From: Planctomycetota bacterium | GTDB lineage: Bacteria; Planctomycetota; UBA8742; UBA2392 | Direction of reading: 5' to 3' | Assembly: GCA_016722065.1 (NCBI GenBank) | Contig: JADKGX010000002.1 | Span: forward strand, 202,256 to 266,255 | Length of the DNA stretch: 64,000 nucleotides | In this document: positions 38,148 to 47,396 of the stretch, piece by piece | How the letters are laid out: each line of letters starts with the position of its first letter | Numbering within the stretch: the first letter of the stretch is position 1 | Made by a program: the position numbers and the translations under genes | The notes under the pieces: model-generated | Databases searched by the model: none | Told to the model about the DNA's origin: nothing | The model's input: the letters and a program-made list of their open reading frames with translations, nothing else

Positions 38148-38894
38148 TCAAAGCACGCTGGCCGGGTCTGGCGCCTGCACGGTCTTCAACCGCCTGCCAC
38201 CTTGCTGGGCCACCAGCCAGGCCAGCAGCCTAAGTGCCTGCTCGAAGGCGTCAACGCCCGTGCTGCCACTGTCTTGCCCGGTGCTTAGAATACGCAGGGC
38301 GGACAGCGTGGCCGGGGCAATGCGCAAAAGGTCGCCGCGGTTTTCGTCAAAGGGCGGGGCCAGCAGCCCCATTTCGGAAAGGCTGAAGCTTACAGCAACT
38401 TTGCCCGATGGTTCCCGCCCGCTGGCCAGACAGTGCGTCACTTGCGGTTCCACGCCCAGCACGCGAAGCAGCGACCAGGCAAATCGGGCCAGGGCTTCGG
38501 CATCGCGGCCTTGGCCCAGGGTGCGCATGGTCTTTACCGCTAGCAGAAGTATGGAGGGCCCGTCTTGGGGCGGCACTTCCATGCTCAGCAACAACTCGCG
38601 CAGTTGCTGCGCCCCCTGCCAGGCCGCAAAGCTGCGGCGAACCGCCGGAAAGAAGTCAATCAGCTCGGCCTGGGCCAGAATGCTCAACGTGCCCCGCCGT
38701 GAACGGTCGTACAGAACGACTTGATACAGGCACATCAGGTCCAGGGGGCCGCCAACGCTGCTTTTTTCACGTTTGGCACCCTTGGCAATGGCGCCGGTTG
38801 TGCCCAGGCGGTCCGTCAGCAGGGTAAGGATCTGGCTGGTCTCCGAGAAATCGACCTTGCGCAGACACAGTGCGTGGGTGGTGATCAGTGCCAT
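38148..38894 (-). CDS. recO: DNA repair protein RecO
   Basis: The N-terminal OB region (ALCLRKVDFSETSQILTLLTDRLG...AKGAKR) and overall length fit RecO. Confidence 0.8.
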   Translation of the reverse strand: MALITTHALCLRKVDFSETSQILTLLTDRLGTTGAIAKGAKREKSSVGGPLDLMCLYQVVLYDRSRRGTLSILAQAELIDFFPAVRRSFAAWQGAQQLRELLLSMEVPPQDGPSILLLAVKTMRTLGQGRDAEALARFAWSLLRVLGVEPQVTHCLASGREPSGKVAVSFSLSEMGLLAPPFDENRGDLLRIAPATLSALRILSTGQDSGSTGVDAFEQALRLLAWLVAQQGGRRLKTVQAPDPASVL

Positions 38895-38900
38895 GGCGGT

Positions 38901-40217
38901 TCAGTTTGACAGGTCTTCACTGGCCGTCACGCGGGTAATCTTGACGCGCTTGATGCGGCGTTCGTCGGCATCAATCACGGTCAGGCGCAGGCCCTGTACT
39001 TCCACACTGTCGCCCACCTGGGGCAGGCGGCCAATGCGGTGCAGAATCAGCCCGCCCACGCTGTTGTATTCGGGCGTTTCAGGCAGGTCGAGTTCCAGCC
39101 GGGCATTGACTTCGTCGATATCCACGTCGGCATCGGATTCAGCGTCGTTGCCGGTAAATGCCACAATCGAGGTGTCTTCCTGCTTGGCCGAGACGGCGTG
39201 GTCGTGTTCCGTGGGCAAGTGCCCTACAATGCGTTGCAGAATGTCTTCAATCGTTACCATGCCGGCAGTGCCGCCGTGTTCGTCCAGCAGCACGCCGAAC
39301 TTGAGCTGCTCCTCGCGCATTTCGTGCAGCAACTCGTCCAGCGATTTGTTTTCGGGCCAGAAACGCACCGGCCGCAGCACCTTGCGCAGGTCCGTCGGCC
39401 GCTGCCCCGCAGACCAGCTTTGCAGCAGGTCGGTGGCGTGCAGCACACCGATAATGTGGTCGCGGTCGCCCTGATAGACAGGAATGCGCGTGAAGCCGGT
39501 CTGGGCGGCCACTTTCATGGCGGCCTCAATACCGTCCTCAATGTCGGCGCAGATCATGTCGGTGCGTGGAATCATGGCGCGGGTGGCCGGGGTTTTGCTC
39601 AACTCGACCACGTTGTGGATCATCTCGCGTTCTTCTTCGCCCAGCACGCCTTCGCGTTCGGCTTCTTCCAGGCTGTCGGCCAGGTCTTCCTCAAACGATT
39701 CCTGGGCGTCTTCCGTAACATCCACGCCTTCAATGCGCGCACCAATGCGGCGCACGCTGCTGGTAATCAATGTCAGGGGTTTGAACGGCAGGCTAAGCCA
39801 GGCAAAAGTCGGCAGCAGCACCAGCAGCGCCGATTCCTCACGGTGCCGCAGCAGCAGCGGTGGCACCAGCAACACGCACACCACCAGCGAAACGATACTC
39901 AGCACCGCTGCCATCAGCAGGTCCTGAATCACCAGCTTGCCGTCAAAGCTTAGAATCAGCAGGCACCAGCCAAGCAGGTTGCCGACAAAGCCGACAATGC
40001 GCGAATATTCCACGACCTGAATGAACTCGTCGTCACGGGCACACAGGCGCTCAAAGCGTCGCTGGGTGGCTTCGTCTTCATCCGGGATCAACTCAAACAG
40101 CAGCGAAAGCGCATAGTTGTGCAGCGCCTCGCCCACAACGCTGATGTAGGCGATCGAGCAAAAGGTGACAATCACGACCGCGACGCCGGTCCAAAACGTC
40201 GCTGTGTCAGCGTCCAA
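38901..40217 (-). CDS. CNNM/CorC-HlyC family transporter (DUF21-CBS pair-CorC_HlyC)
   Basis: TM-rich N-terminus, then a CBS pair (MIPRTDMICADIED...TRIPVY....IIGVLHATDLL) and a C-terminal CorC domain. The preferred start is TTG 40217, preceded by GGAGG (the track start TTG 40271 overlaps a divergent promoter). Confidence 0.85.
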   Translation of the reverse strand: MDADTATFWTGVAVVIVTFCSIAYISVVGEALHNYALSLLFELIPDEDEATQRRFERLCARDDEFIQVVEYSRIVGFVGNLLGWCLLILSFDGKLVIQDLLMAAVLSIVSLVVCVLLVPPLLLRHREESALLVLLPTFAWLSLPFKPLTLITSSVRRIGARIEGVDVTEDAQESFEEDLADSLEEAEREGVLGEEEREMIHNVVELSKTPATRAMIPRTDMICADIEDGIEAAMKVAAQTGFTRIPVYQGDRDHIIGVLHATDLLQSWSAGQRPTDLRKVLRPVRFWPENKSLDELLHEMREEQLKFGVLLDEHGGTAGMVTIEDILQRIVGHLPTEHDHAVSAKQEDTSIVAFTGNDAESDADVDIDEVNARLELDLPETPEYNSVGGLILHRIGRLPQVGDSVEVQGLRLTVIDADERRIKRVKITRVTASEDLSN

Positions 40218-40256
40218 GGGGGCCTCCGCCGGCTTGGCGTTACAACGTACCGCACG

Positions 40257-40284
40257 TTGTAGAACGTCCAAAGCACCGTAGAAT
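40257..40284 (+). promoter_or_regulatory. sigma70-like promoter TTGTAG-16nt-TAGAAT for the small ORF (and possibly glmS)
   Basis: TTGTAG at 40257-40262 and TAGAAT at 40279-40284, about 30 nt upstream of ATG 40315. Confidence 0.4.
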
Positions 40285-40314
40285 CATGGCCGTTTTGCGA
40301 CCAGAGAGACGTCT

Positions 40315-40566
40315 ATGTCGACAAAGAGCAGTGACGTCTACGACTATTATTACGAAAATTACCTGCTGCTCTACAACCTGTATGGCAAAGGACGACCCCG
40401 CGTCGGCCGCGAAGAGTTCGAAAAACTCGATTCCGAACTGATGCTGATCATCTCCCGCGTTGACCACGGCGAGCTTTCCGCAGCAGACGTCGCCCGCATC
40501 AAAGACGTCGAATACATCCTGATGGATGATATCGCTGAAGCCCTGCTCGACCGCCCCCAGCGCTGA
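40315..40566 (+). CDS. small hypothetical protein (83 aa) with Tyr-rich N-terminus
   Basis: The frame has a strong GC3 bias. Sequence DVYDYYYENYLLLYNLYG followed by an acidic helical region. It has its own promoter-like element and lies directly upstream of glmS. Confidence 0.6.
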   Translation: MSTKSSDVYDYYYENYLLLYNLYGKGRPRVGREEFEKLDSELMLIISRVDHGELSAADVARIKDVEYILMDDIAEALLDRPQR

Positions 40567-40662
40567 ACCGCCCCGGCCACAACGCCGCCAGCGTTTTCCA
40601 CGGGCATTTTCCGCCCCGAATTTGGCGTTATTGTGCCGATACACCAGCAGGGGGAATCGCCC

Positions 40663-42489
40663 GTGTGCGGAATTGTCGGATATGTGGGTCAGCGTGAAGC
40701 CAGCGAAGTATTGCTGGAGGGTCTGCGCCGCCTGGAATACCGCGGCTATGATTCCGCCGGCGTAAGCATTCTCAATGGCACCGGGCTGCAACTTCGCAAG
40801 GCCGTAGGCCGCCTTGCCAACCTGGAACGCGAACTTGCCGCCACCCCGCTGCACGGGCACGTGGGCATTGGCCACACCCGCTGGGCCACACACGGCGCGC
40901 CCAGTGTGCGCAACAGCCATCCGCACCTGAGTTATGACGGCAAGTTGAGCATCATTCACAACGGCATTATTGAGAACTATCGCGAGCTCAAGAACGAGCT
41001 GCTGGCCCAGGGCGTGAAATTCGAAAGCGACACCGACACCGAAGTCGTGGCCCACCTTGTCGAGCGCGCCTACCAGGGCGATCTGCTGAAGGCCCTGGCA
41101 GAAGTGTTGCCCCGCCTGCGCGGGGCCTATGCGCTGGCATTGCTGCACCAGGACGAACCGGGCCGCGTGCTGGCAACACGGCTTGGCAGCCCGCTGGTAC
41201 TGGGCGTTGGCGAGAACGAAAACTTCATCGCCAGCGACGTGCCGGCGTTGCTCAAATACACCCGCCGCGTGGTGTTTCCGGAAGAAGGCCAGATCTGTGA
41301 GATCAGCCGCGAGGGCGTACGCATCTTCAGCCCTGATCTCAAGCTGCTGCCGGCCGCCATCCAGACCACGGAACTGACACTGGATGCCGCGGAAAAGGAA
41401 GGCTTTGAGCATTTCATGCTCAAGGAAATCCACGAGCAGCCGCGCGCGATTGCCGAAACCCTGCGCGGTCGCTTGAACGAAGGCGCCATTGACCTGACCG
41501 AACTTGCCCTGGACCCCGCGCTGATCAACGGCTTGCGCCGCGTGGCAATCATCGCCTGCGGCACCAGTCTGTACGCCAGCATGGTGGGCAAATACCTGAT
41601 GGAGCGATTCACCCACTTGCCCACGGAAACCTGGAGTGCCAGCGAGTTTCGCTATGCCGACCCGGTGATCAACGCCCAGACGCTGGTCATCAGCGTAAGC
41701 CAGAGCGGCGAAACCGCCGACACGCTGGAGGCCGTAAAACTGGCCAAGGCCAGCGGCGCCACCACCATCAGCGTGTGCAACGTGATGGGCAGCAGCATTG
41801 CGCGCATAAGTGCCGCCACACTGTACACCCGCGCCGGCCCGGAAATCGGCGTGGCCAGCACCAAGGCCTACGTTACGCAGCTTGCGGCTTTTGCGCTGCT
41901 GGCCGTGGGGCTGGGCCGCATGCTGGGTACGACTTCGCAACAGCAAGAAGCCCGCATTGTGGACGGTTTGATGCACATTCCGGGCCAGGTAAAGGCGCTG
42001 CTGGACAAAGACATTGTGGCCGTCAAGCGCTGCGCCAAGCGCTACAAGGATGTGTTCAACTTCATGTACATTGGACGGCACTTCAATTACCCCACCGCCA
42101 TGGAAGGCGCATTGAAGCTGAAAGAAATCAGCTACATCCACGCCGAGGGTTACGCCGGCGGCGAAATGAAGCACGGCCCGCTGGCGCTGGTCGAGGGCAC
42201 GTTTCCGACCATCGCCATTGCGCCCCAGGGCGGCACGCGGGAAAAACTGCTTTCGAACGTGCAGGAAATTCGCGCCCGCAGTGGCGTGGTGGTGCTGGTT
42301 GCCACCGAAGGCGACGCCGAAGCCGCCGAGCTGGCGGATTACCTGATCGAGATTCCGGCCTGCGCGGAAGAACTCAGCCCGATTCTGGCGATTGTGCCGT
42401 TGCAGTTGCTGGCCTATTACACCGCCACGCAACTGGGCCGCGACGTCGACAAGCCGCGTAACCTGGCCAAGAGTGTCACCGTCGAATAG
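40663..42489 (+). CDS. glmS: glutamine--fructose-6-phosphate aminotransferase
   Basis: (M)CGIVGYVG N-terminal nucleophile, with GTG at 40663 preceded by AGGGGGA. Two SIS domains and C-terminal KSVTVE. Confidence 0.95.
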   Translation: MCGIVGYVGQREASEVLLEGLRRLEYRGYDSAGVSILNGTGLQLRKAVGRLANLERELAATPLHGHVGIGHTRWATHGAPSVRNSHPHLSYDGKLSIIHNGIIENYRELKNELLAQGVKFESDTDTEVVAHLVERAYQGDLLKALAEVLPRLRGAYALALLHQDEPGRVLATRLGSPLVLGVGENENFIASDVPALLKYTRRVVFPEEGQICEISREGVRIFSPDLKLLPAAIQTTELTLDAAEKEGFEHFMLKEIHEQPRAIAETLRGRLNEGAIDLTELALDPALINGLRRVAIIACGTSLYASMVGKYLMERFTHLPTETWSASEFRYADPVINAQTLVISVSQSGETADTLEAVKLAKASGATTISVCNVMGSSIARISAATLYTRAGPEIGVASTKAYVTQLAAFALLAVGLGRMLGTTSQQQEARIVDGLMHIPGQVKALLDKDIVAVKRCAKRYKDVFNFMYIGRHFNYPTAMEGALKLKEISYIHAEGYAGGEMKHGPLALVEGTFPTIAIAPQGGTREKLLSNVQEIRARSGVVVLVATEGDAEAAELADYLIEIPACAEELSPILAIVPLQLLAYYTATQLGRDVDKPRNLAKSVTVE

Positions 42490-42527
42490 CCCCGTGGCTT
42501 GTGGCATTTCTGCCGGGTCGTACCCTT

Positions 42528-43982
42528 ATGGAAACCCCGGCACACCCCTTCGGACGCGCCGTGAAACGACTTTTCTGTGTCTGCCTGATCACTTTGGTTC
42601 TGGTTGCCTGCGCAAGCGGCACCCAGCCGGGCGGCCACACGCGCGGCAACGTGGAAGATTTCTCGGCCCAGGAGACGGCATCGGATGCCGTGGCAAGCAC
42701 CCGGCCCGTGGATAACCCCCAGCGCCCACTCAGCCAGGAAGAAGCTGCCACAGCCGCCCTGAAGGTCAACGCACTGGTTACAGCCACCGACAGCACACAA
42801 CGCGATGCAGCCCTGCAGGCGCTGGTTGCCCTGGGGCCGCGCTACCTGAAATTCCTGCGCAGCGTCCAGGACGACGACATCGCCCTGGACATGCTGTGGG
42901 TTCTGCGGCGCATTGAGCGCGAGGCCGACCTGGCCGCCAACGGCGGCAACGCGCCTTTGCCAGCCGTGCCCGGAAAAATCGAACGCAACGCAGCCGAAGA
43001 CCGCAAACCACCACCAGAGTACGGCGACCTGCCCACCGATTTTGACCGCGAGCAGGTGGAGCGCTTTTTGGGCGCCCGCCTGGCCCAGGCCCGCCGCATG
43101 CTGGATGCCGGCGAGATTGGCGGCGCCGTCAACATTGCCAACGCAGCATTGATGCTGCTGCCCGACACGCGCTACAAACCCGAGTTCGATGCCTTGATGA
43201 TCAAGGCCAGAAACGAAAGCCAGGCCGAGCTGCTGATTGCAGGCACGCTGCAACTTTCGCCCGATCAACTGCAGTACGCCACGCGCCTCAAGGCCAGCAA
43301 GTTCAGCCAGTTGCTGACCGTGAAGTGCTATCTCAAGAATGTCTCAGCGGCCGAGATCCGCCTGAAGCTGTTTGACGGCCAGGGGCGCGAAAGCTTGCTG
43401 CAACTGGGAGTGAAGTACGAACAACTGGACTATTCAGGTACGTCGATGACCCAGTCGTCGACTGTCAGTGTGCCGATTGCCTCGGGCGACGAAGTGCTGC
43501 TGATGCCCAACGAGACCCACGGCATTGAGGTGCCACTGGACGCACTGACCACGCTGGATGCCGATGCACCAAGGCGCTGGGCGCTGGGCCGGGTCACGAT
43601 TGACGCCGCGCTGCGGGTGTTTTCAGCGACCGACCGCGCCGGCAAGGCGATTGTGCTGCGGCCGATACGCTTTCCGGAACAGTCCATCCTGCTGTTTCCG
43701 GCCACGTTTGATGTGGCAGGTGCGGCACAGAACCCGATCAACGTGACACGCAAATTGCTCAAGGACAACCTTTCGCAGGACGCGTTCATGGCCGCGCAGT
43801 TGGTCAAATCCACGCAGCTTCGGCCCATGGCCGACATGCTGCTGGGCGACGACTTTGAAACCGAACCCCTGGCCAACCAGCGTGCGCGCTTGCGCGCCAT
43901 GACACTGCTGTTCAGTGCCGGAGCAACCTGGGATATCGGCAAGTGGCGCCGCTGGTGGCAACAGAACCGCAGCCGCTACTAG
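42528..43982 (+). CDS. hypothetical lipoprotein
   Basis: METPAHPFGRAVKRLFCVCLITLVLVACASG (lipobox LVAC). 484 aa. No recognised domain. Confidence 0.7.
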   Translation: METPAHPFGRAVKRLFCVCLITLVLVACASGTQPGGHTRGNVEDFSAQETASDAVASTRPVDNPQRPLSQEEAATAALKVNALVTATDSTQRDAALQALVALGPRYLKFLRSVQDDDIALDMLWVLRRIEREADLAANGGNAPLPAVPGKIERNAAEDRKPPPEYGDLPTDFDREQVERFLGARLAQARRMLDAGEIGGAVNIANAALMLLPDTRYKPEFDALMIKARNESQAELLIAGTLQLSPDQLQYATRLKASKFSQLLTVKCYLKNVSAAEIRLKLFDGQGRESLLQLGVKYEQLDYSGTSMTQSSTVSVPIASGDEVLLMPNETHGIEVPLDALTTLDADAPRRWALGRVTIDAALRVFSATDRAGKAIVLRPIRFPEQSILLFPATFDVAGAAQNPINVTRKLLKDNLSQDAFMAAQLVKSTQLRPMADMLLGDDFETEPLANQRARLRAMTLLFSAGATWDIGKWRRWWQQNRSRY

Positions 43983-44042
43983 CGCCCATACTTAAGCACT
44001 AAAGTTATCACCCGGTCATGCCGATAGACCCACGGGGGCACC

Positions 44043-44519
44043 ATGGGTCTGCCGCGTGCATTCAAACTTGATTCGCAAGGACAGGCCCGCCTGGGATCGC
44101 AACTGCTGCGTCTGGCCCACCGGTTTGACCGTGCGTTGACGGAACGGCTGGCGCGCTTTCGACTGGCCCCCACGCACTACGAGATTCTCAAGACCCTGTA
44201 CGCCGCGCCGGACTACAGCCTGGGACATACCCAGCTTGCCCAGGCCCTGGGCATTACGTTGCCCAGCATCACACTGGCGGTGCGCAAGTTGGGGGCCATG
44301 CGCCTGATTGGCCAGCAGCGCGGTACAGACCGCCGCCAGCGGGTGGTAAGCCTGACGGTGAAAGGCGCAGAATTTCTGGCCCCGCTGTACGACACCACGG
44401 AAGAGTTCGCGACCGCCCTGTTTTCGGCCCTGCCCGACAAAGCCGCCAAGCAGGTAGAAACTTCGATTCAGTCATTACTTGCCCGCCTTAGTGCCCTGCA
44501 AGACAAGGCACCTGCTTAG
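44043..44519 (+). CDS. MarR-family transcriptional regulator
   Basis: The winged-helix pattern is present (LAPTHYEILKTLY..., LAQALGITLPSITLAVRKLGAMRLI..QRG..DRR). 158 aa. Confidence 0.85.
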   Translation: MGLPRAFKLDSQGQARLGSQLLRLAHRFDRALTERLARFRLAPTHYEILKTLYAAPDYSLGHTQLAQALGITLPSITLAVRKLGAMRLIGQQRGTDRRQRVVSLTVKGAEFLAPLYDTTEEFATALFSALPDKAAKQVETSIQSLLARLSALQDKAPA

Positions 44520-44724
44520 CCAACTTAGCACCAGAGAACCCCAAAACGACAGCCCGGCACAGAAGTGCCGGGGGTCGGGCTGCTGGCCCGACGATCGGTG
44601 CGGCGGCGCACATCGCGCATGGCGCCGATGTCGCGGCCGTTGGGCCACCCACGGGACTTGCGTCCCGGTCTTTTGTTTGTGCTGCAAAGGGCGCTGCACT
44701 TCAGGCCTGCCGGCCCGGCTGCCG

Positions 44725-45327
44725 ATGCAATGGGCTATGCCCACCCGCTGGCAACGGCTTCGTCGTTTCGTGTTCCGGCTGCTGCTGGCTGTTGCGGTGC
44801 CGGCGTCGCTGCTGCTTGCCTGGGTTGGCCTTGGCCTGCGCCATGGCGACGATCACGCAGATTGCATTTTTGTGCCCGGGGCCGCCGTCTGGCGCAATCG
44901 CCAGCCCAGCGACGCGCTGGAGTACCGCCTGCAGCACGCCCTGGACCTTTACCGGCAAAGGCGTGCACCGGTGATTGTGGTGGCCGGTGGCGGCAGCGGT
45001 AACTACGCCGAAGCTGAAGTGATGGCCGACTGGCTGATTGAGAAAGGCGTGCCGGCCGATGCCATCATCAAAGAAACCCTGTCCAACACCACGCGCGAAA
45101 ACGCCGCCAATGCCGCGCCGCAGTTACGTCAACGTGGCCTGCGCAGCGCGCTGGTGTGCACGCAGTGGTTTCATGTAAGCCGCGCCAGCCTGTGCCTGGA
45201 ACAAGAAGGCATCAAGGCCCAACCCGCGCCCTGTGGCGGCAAAGTGCTGCTGCGCGAACCCTGGTTTGTCGCACGCGAGATGGCGGCCTTGCCCGTGTAC
45301 GCCCTGCGCCTGGACCAATGGCGCTAG
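44725..45327 (+). CDS. DUF218/YdcF (ElyC/SanA-like) family protein
   Basis: TM, then ADCIFVPGAAV...PS..L..RL..A..LY......I.V.GG...........EAEVM...L...GV....I..E..S..T.EN. The start is ATG 44725 or 44737. Confidence 0.75.
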   Translation: MQWAMPTRWQRLRRFVFRLLLAVAVPASLLLAWVGLGLRHGDDHADCIFVPGAAVWRNRQPSDALEYRLQHALDLYRQRRAPVIVVAGGGSGNYAEAEVMADWLIEKGVPADAIIKETLSNTTRENAANAAPQLRQRGLRSALVCTQWFHVSRASLCLEQEGIKAQPAPCGGKVLLREPWFVAREMAALPVYALRLDQWR

Positions 45328-45333
45328 GCTGGC

Positions 45334-47229
45334 TCAATCTTCGATAGGTATGATCTTCATGGCCTTGATGGGTTCGCCGGTGCTGTCTGTGACCCTGCCG
45401 CCGTAGGGAAAATCCGCATCCGAAGTCTGGTAGGGTTCCAGCCGCGCGCGCTGCACGCGCCCTTTTTCGCGATCGACGATAACAACCTCGTCGTACCAGT
45501 CTGGCCAGTTGCTGCACAACACAAGCCTGCTGCCAGTGGCGATTGTGTCCAGAAGCAGGGGCGTCCAACCCTCGGTTGTTTCCAGGTGCAGGTCCAATCC
45601 ACGCGGCGTTCTGGGCACCGACAGATACATCAGGCTGCCGGTGCGCGGGGGCAGCGTGACATCCCAGGGCCCCAAGGGCGCGCTGCCCCCTTTGCGCAGC
45701 TCGACGTTGGGCGGGCGCTGGGAATCATAATCGATGAAAAAGCTGAACGCTGGCGCGTAGGTGGGCTGGATAATCAGCTTCTGCTTCCAGTTGCCGCGGT
45801 CCAGTTGTGTCCACAGCTTGAAGCTGCCGTCCCGTTCAGACCATGTGACCGCGCCGGTGTGGCTGGATTCCACCCGCACCGGAGAACCCGGGCTCTCGGC
45901 CTTGACAACACGAAAACGCCCCACCACCAGATCGCTCGATGCGCGATCCATGGTCAAGGAGGTCTTGATCGCCAGGTACTTTGCACCCTTGCGAATGGCA
46001 ACTTCGCGGCCGTCCTTCGTATCCCAATTCGTGATGATCATTGGCGTGCCACTGGCCCAACCATCGCCCCCGGCACCAATGCGAATCGAAGCGCCGCCGG
46101 CGCCGGTTCCTGTCCAGGTGCGCGGGTCTGGCAGCATGAAGGTGAGCTGCCCTGCGTTAGGCACGTCGGACTCCAGAAACAACCCCACATGGTTCTGGAT
46201 GCCCTGCGAACCGTCCGGGCGGGCGCGGCGAACTTCCAGCCATGCGCGCAGGCCGGATTGCGTGGCCTGGGCCGGTTTGTAATCCACCTTGACTGCCAGC
46301 ATCGGCACTGGCGACAGTGCCACTGTGACGGCTCCCTGGCTCTCGGGGCTGCTGGCCAGCGAGACCGGGACTGACCTCCCGTTCTCGTCAATCACTTCAT
46401 AGCCCGGAAAATCGGCCTCAACGTAGGCCGCCTCCTTGATCCAGTCCCGTTTCAGAAACGTCAGGGCAAACCAGCCCTGCGCGTTGGCAACGGCGACCCC
46501 GTTGAGCCCGCGGACAATGATCGGTGGCTTGTCCAGGCCAGCCCAGGCGTCGGGCTGGTTCTCTGCCTTCTCGGCAAGGCTGACCTTGCCTACCAGCACC
46601 CACTCTTCACCAAAAAGTTCGCGCGCCTCCTTGGCACTGACAGACGCCTTGCCCAGGCGCCGGGCGGCCTCCTTGGCAGCCTGGGGATGCTTTTCCAGGG
46701 GCCCGCAGTAGTGGGCGCTGAAGTGGCTGCCCGTTACGCGGCCAAGCGCTGAAAGCGGCGGCACGGCCCACACCACGCGGACATGCAGGTTCAGTCCGTC
46801 GCGGGATTCTTCCGCCACTGCGCCCCGCGAAAACGTGGCTTCAAGTTCGGCCAGGCGTTTGGCTTCGGCCACGGCCTTTGCGTCGTCGCGGGCGATCTGC
46901 TCGAGATCCGGCTTTAGTTCATGGTCTGGGGGCGTGCGGCGGGGCTCTGGGGTGGTGGTGGCGTCTACATCGACGGTGTCTGTGCTGTCGGGTTGCGTCG
47001 ACCGCCCCGCGGGAATGTCTCTGGTGGCTTTCGGTTCCTTGGCAGGTTCTGGCGTTTGCCCGTTAGCGTCAGGGCCAGGTCCGTCCTGGCCACGAGTACC
47101 TGCGCGCGCAGACCGATCATCGCCCTGTTGTTCCAGGTGAGTCGACCACTGCAGCCAGACCAGGCTGCCCAACAAGGCCGCAATCAGGAACAGCAGCAAG
47201 ATCAGCGTAACCCGCGGAAATTGGCGCAT
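45334..47229 (-). CDS. hypothetical membrane-anchored protein (631 aa)
   Basis: N-terminal TM VTLILLLFLIAALLGSLVWL, then a disordered linker and a beta-rich region with carboxypeptidase-regulatory-like snippets (GRVTDSTGEPI). Confidence 0.7.
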   Translation of the reverse strand: MRQFPRVTLILLLFLIAALLGSLVWLQWSTHLEQQGDDRSARAGTRGQDGPGPDANGQTPEPAKEPKATRDIPAGRSTQPDSTDTVDVDATTTPEPRRTPPDHELKPDLEQIARDDAKAVAEAKRLAELEATFSRGAVAEESRDGLNLHVRVVWAVPPLSALGRVTGSHFSAHYCGPLEKHPQAAKEAARRLGKASVSAKEARELFGEEWVLVGKVSLAEKAENQPDAWAGLDKPPIIVRGLNGVAVANAQGWFALTFLKRDWIKEAAYVEADFPGYEVIDENGRSVPVSLASSPESQGAVTVALSPVPMLAVKVDYKPAQATQSGLRAWLEVRRARPDGSQGIQNHVGLFLESDVPNAGQLTFMLPDPRTWTGTGAGGASIRIGAGGDGWASGTPMIITNWDTKDGREVAIRKGAKYLAIKTSLTMDRASSDLVVGRFRVVKAESPGSPVRVESSHTGAVTWSERDGSFKLWTQLDRGNWKQKLIIQPTYAPAFSFFIDYDSQRPPNVELRKGGSAPLGPWDVTLPPRTGSLMYLSVPRTPRGLDLHLETTEGWTPLLLDTIATGSRLVLCSNWPDWYDEVVIVDREKGRVQRARLEPYQTSDADFPYGGRVTDSTGEPIKAMKIIPIED

Positions 47230-47396
47230 GGGGCCCTCGATGTGCAGGGGCAGGGGACACCATTGAAACGCCCAACACCGGGCCCTGGCGTGTCAATTCC
47301 TGGATAACCCGGCACGATGTGACAGGTATGAAGTAAGGGTCAGCCGCCCCTATGGCCGGGGCTGCAATCCATGACCCTGGAACTCGATCTCTGCGG

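Noticed and set aside
40567-40662. glmS ribozyme upstream of glmS
   Set aside because: The gap is only 96 nt and I cannot recognise the conserved glmS ribozyme core. A covariance-model scan (Rfam RF00234) would be decisive.
40240-42507. 755-aa minus-strand ORF
   Set aside because: It is exactly antisense to glmS, whose identity is unambiguous.
44479-44724. 5' extension of the DUF218 ORF that overlaps the marR 3' end
   Set aside because: The extension is Cys/Arg/Gly-rich and not protein-like. Family similarity and the TM helix begin after the Met codons at 44725/44737.
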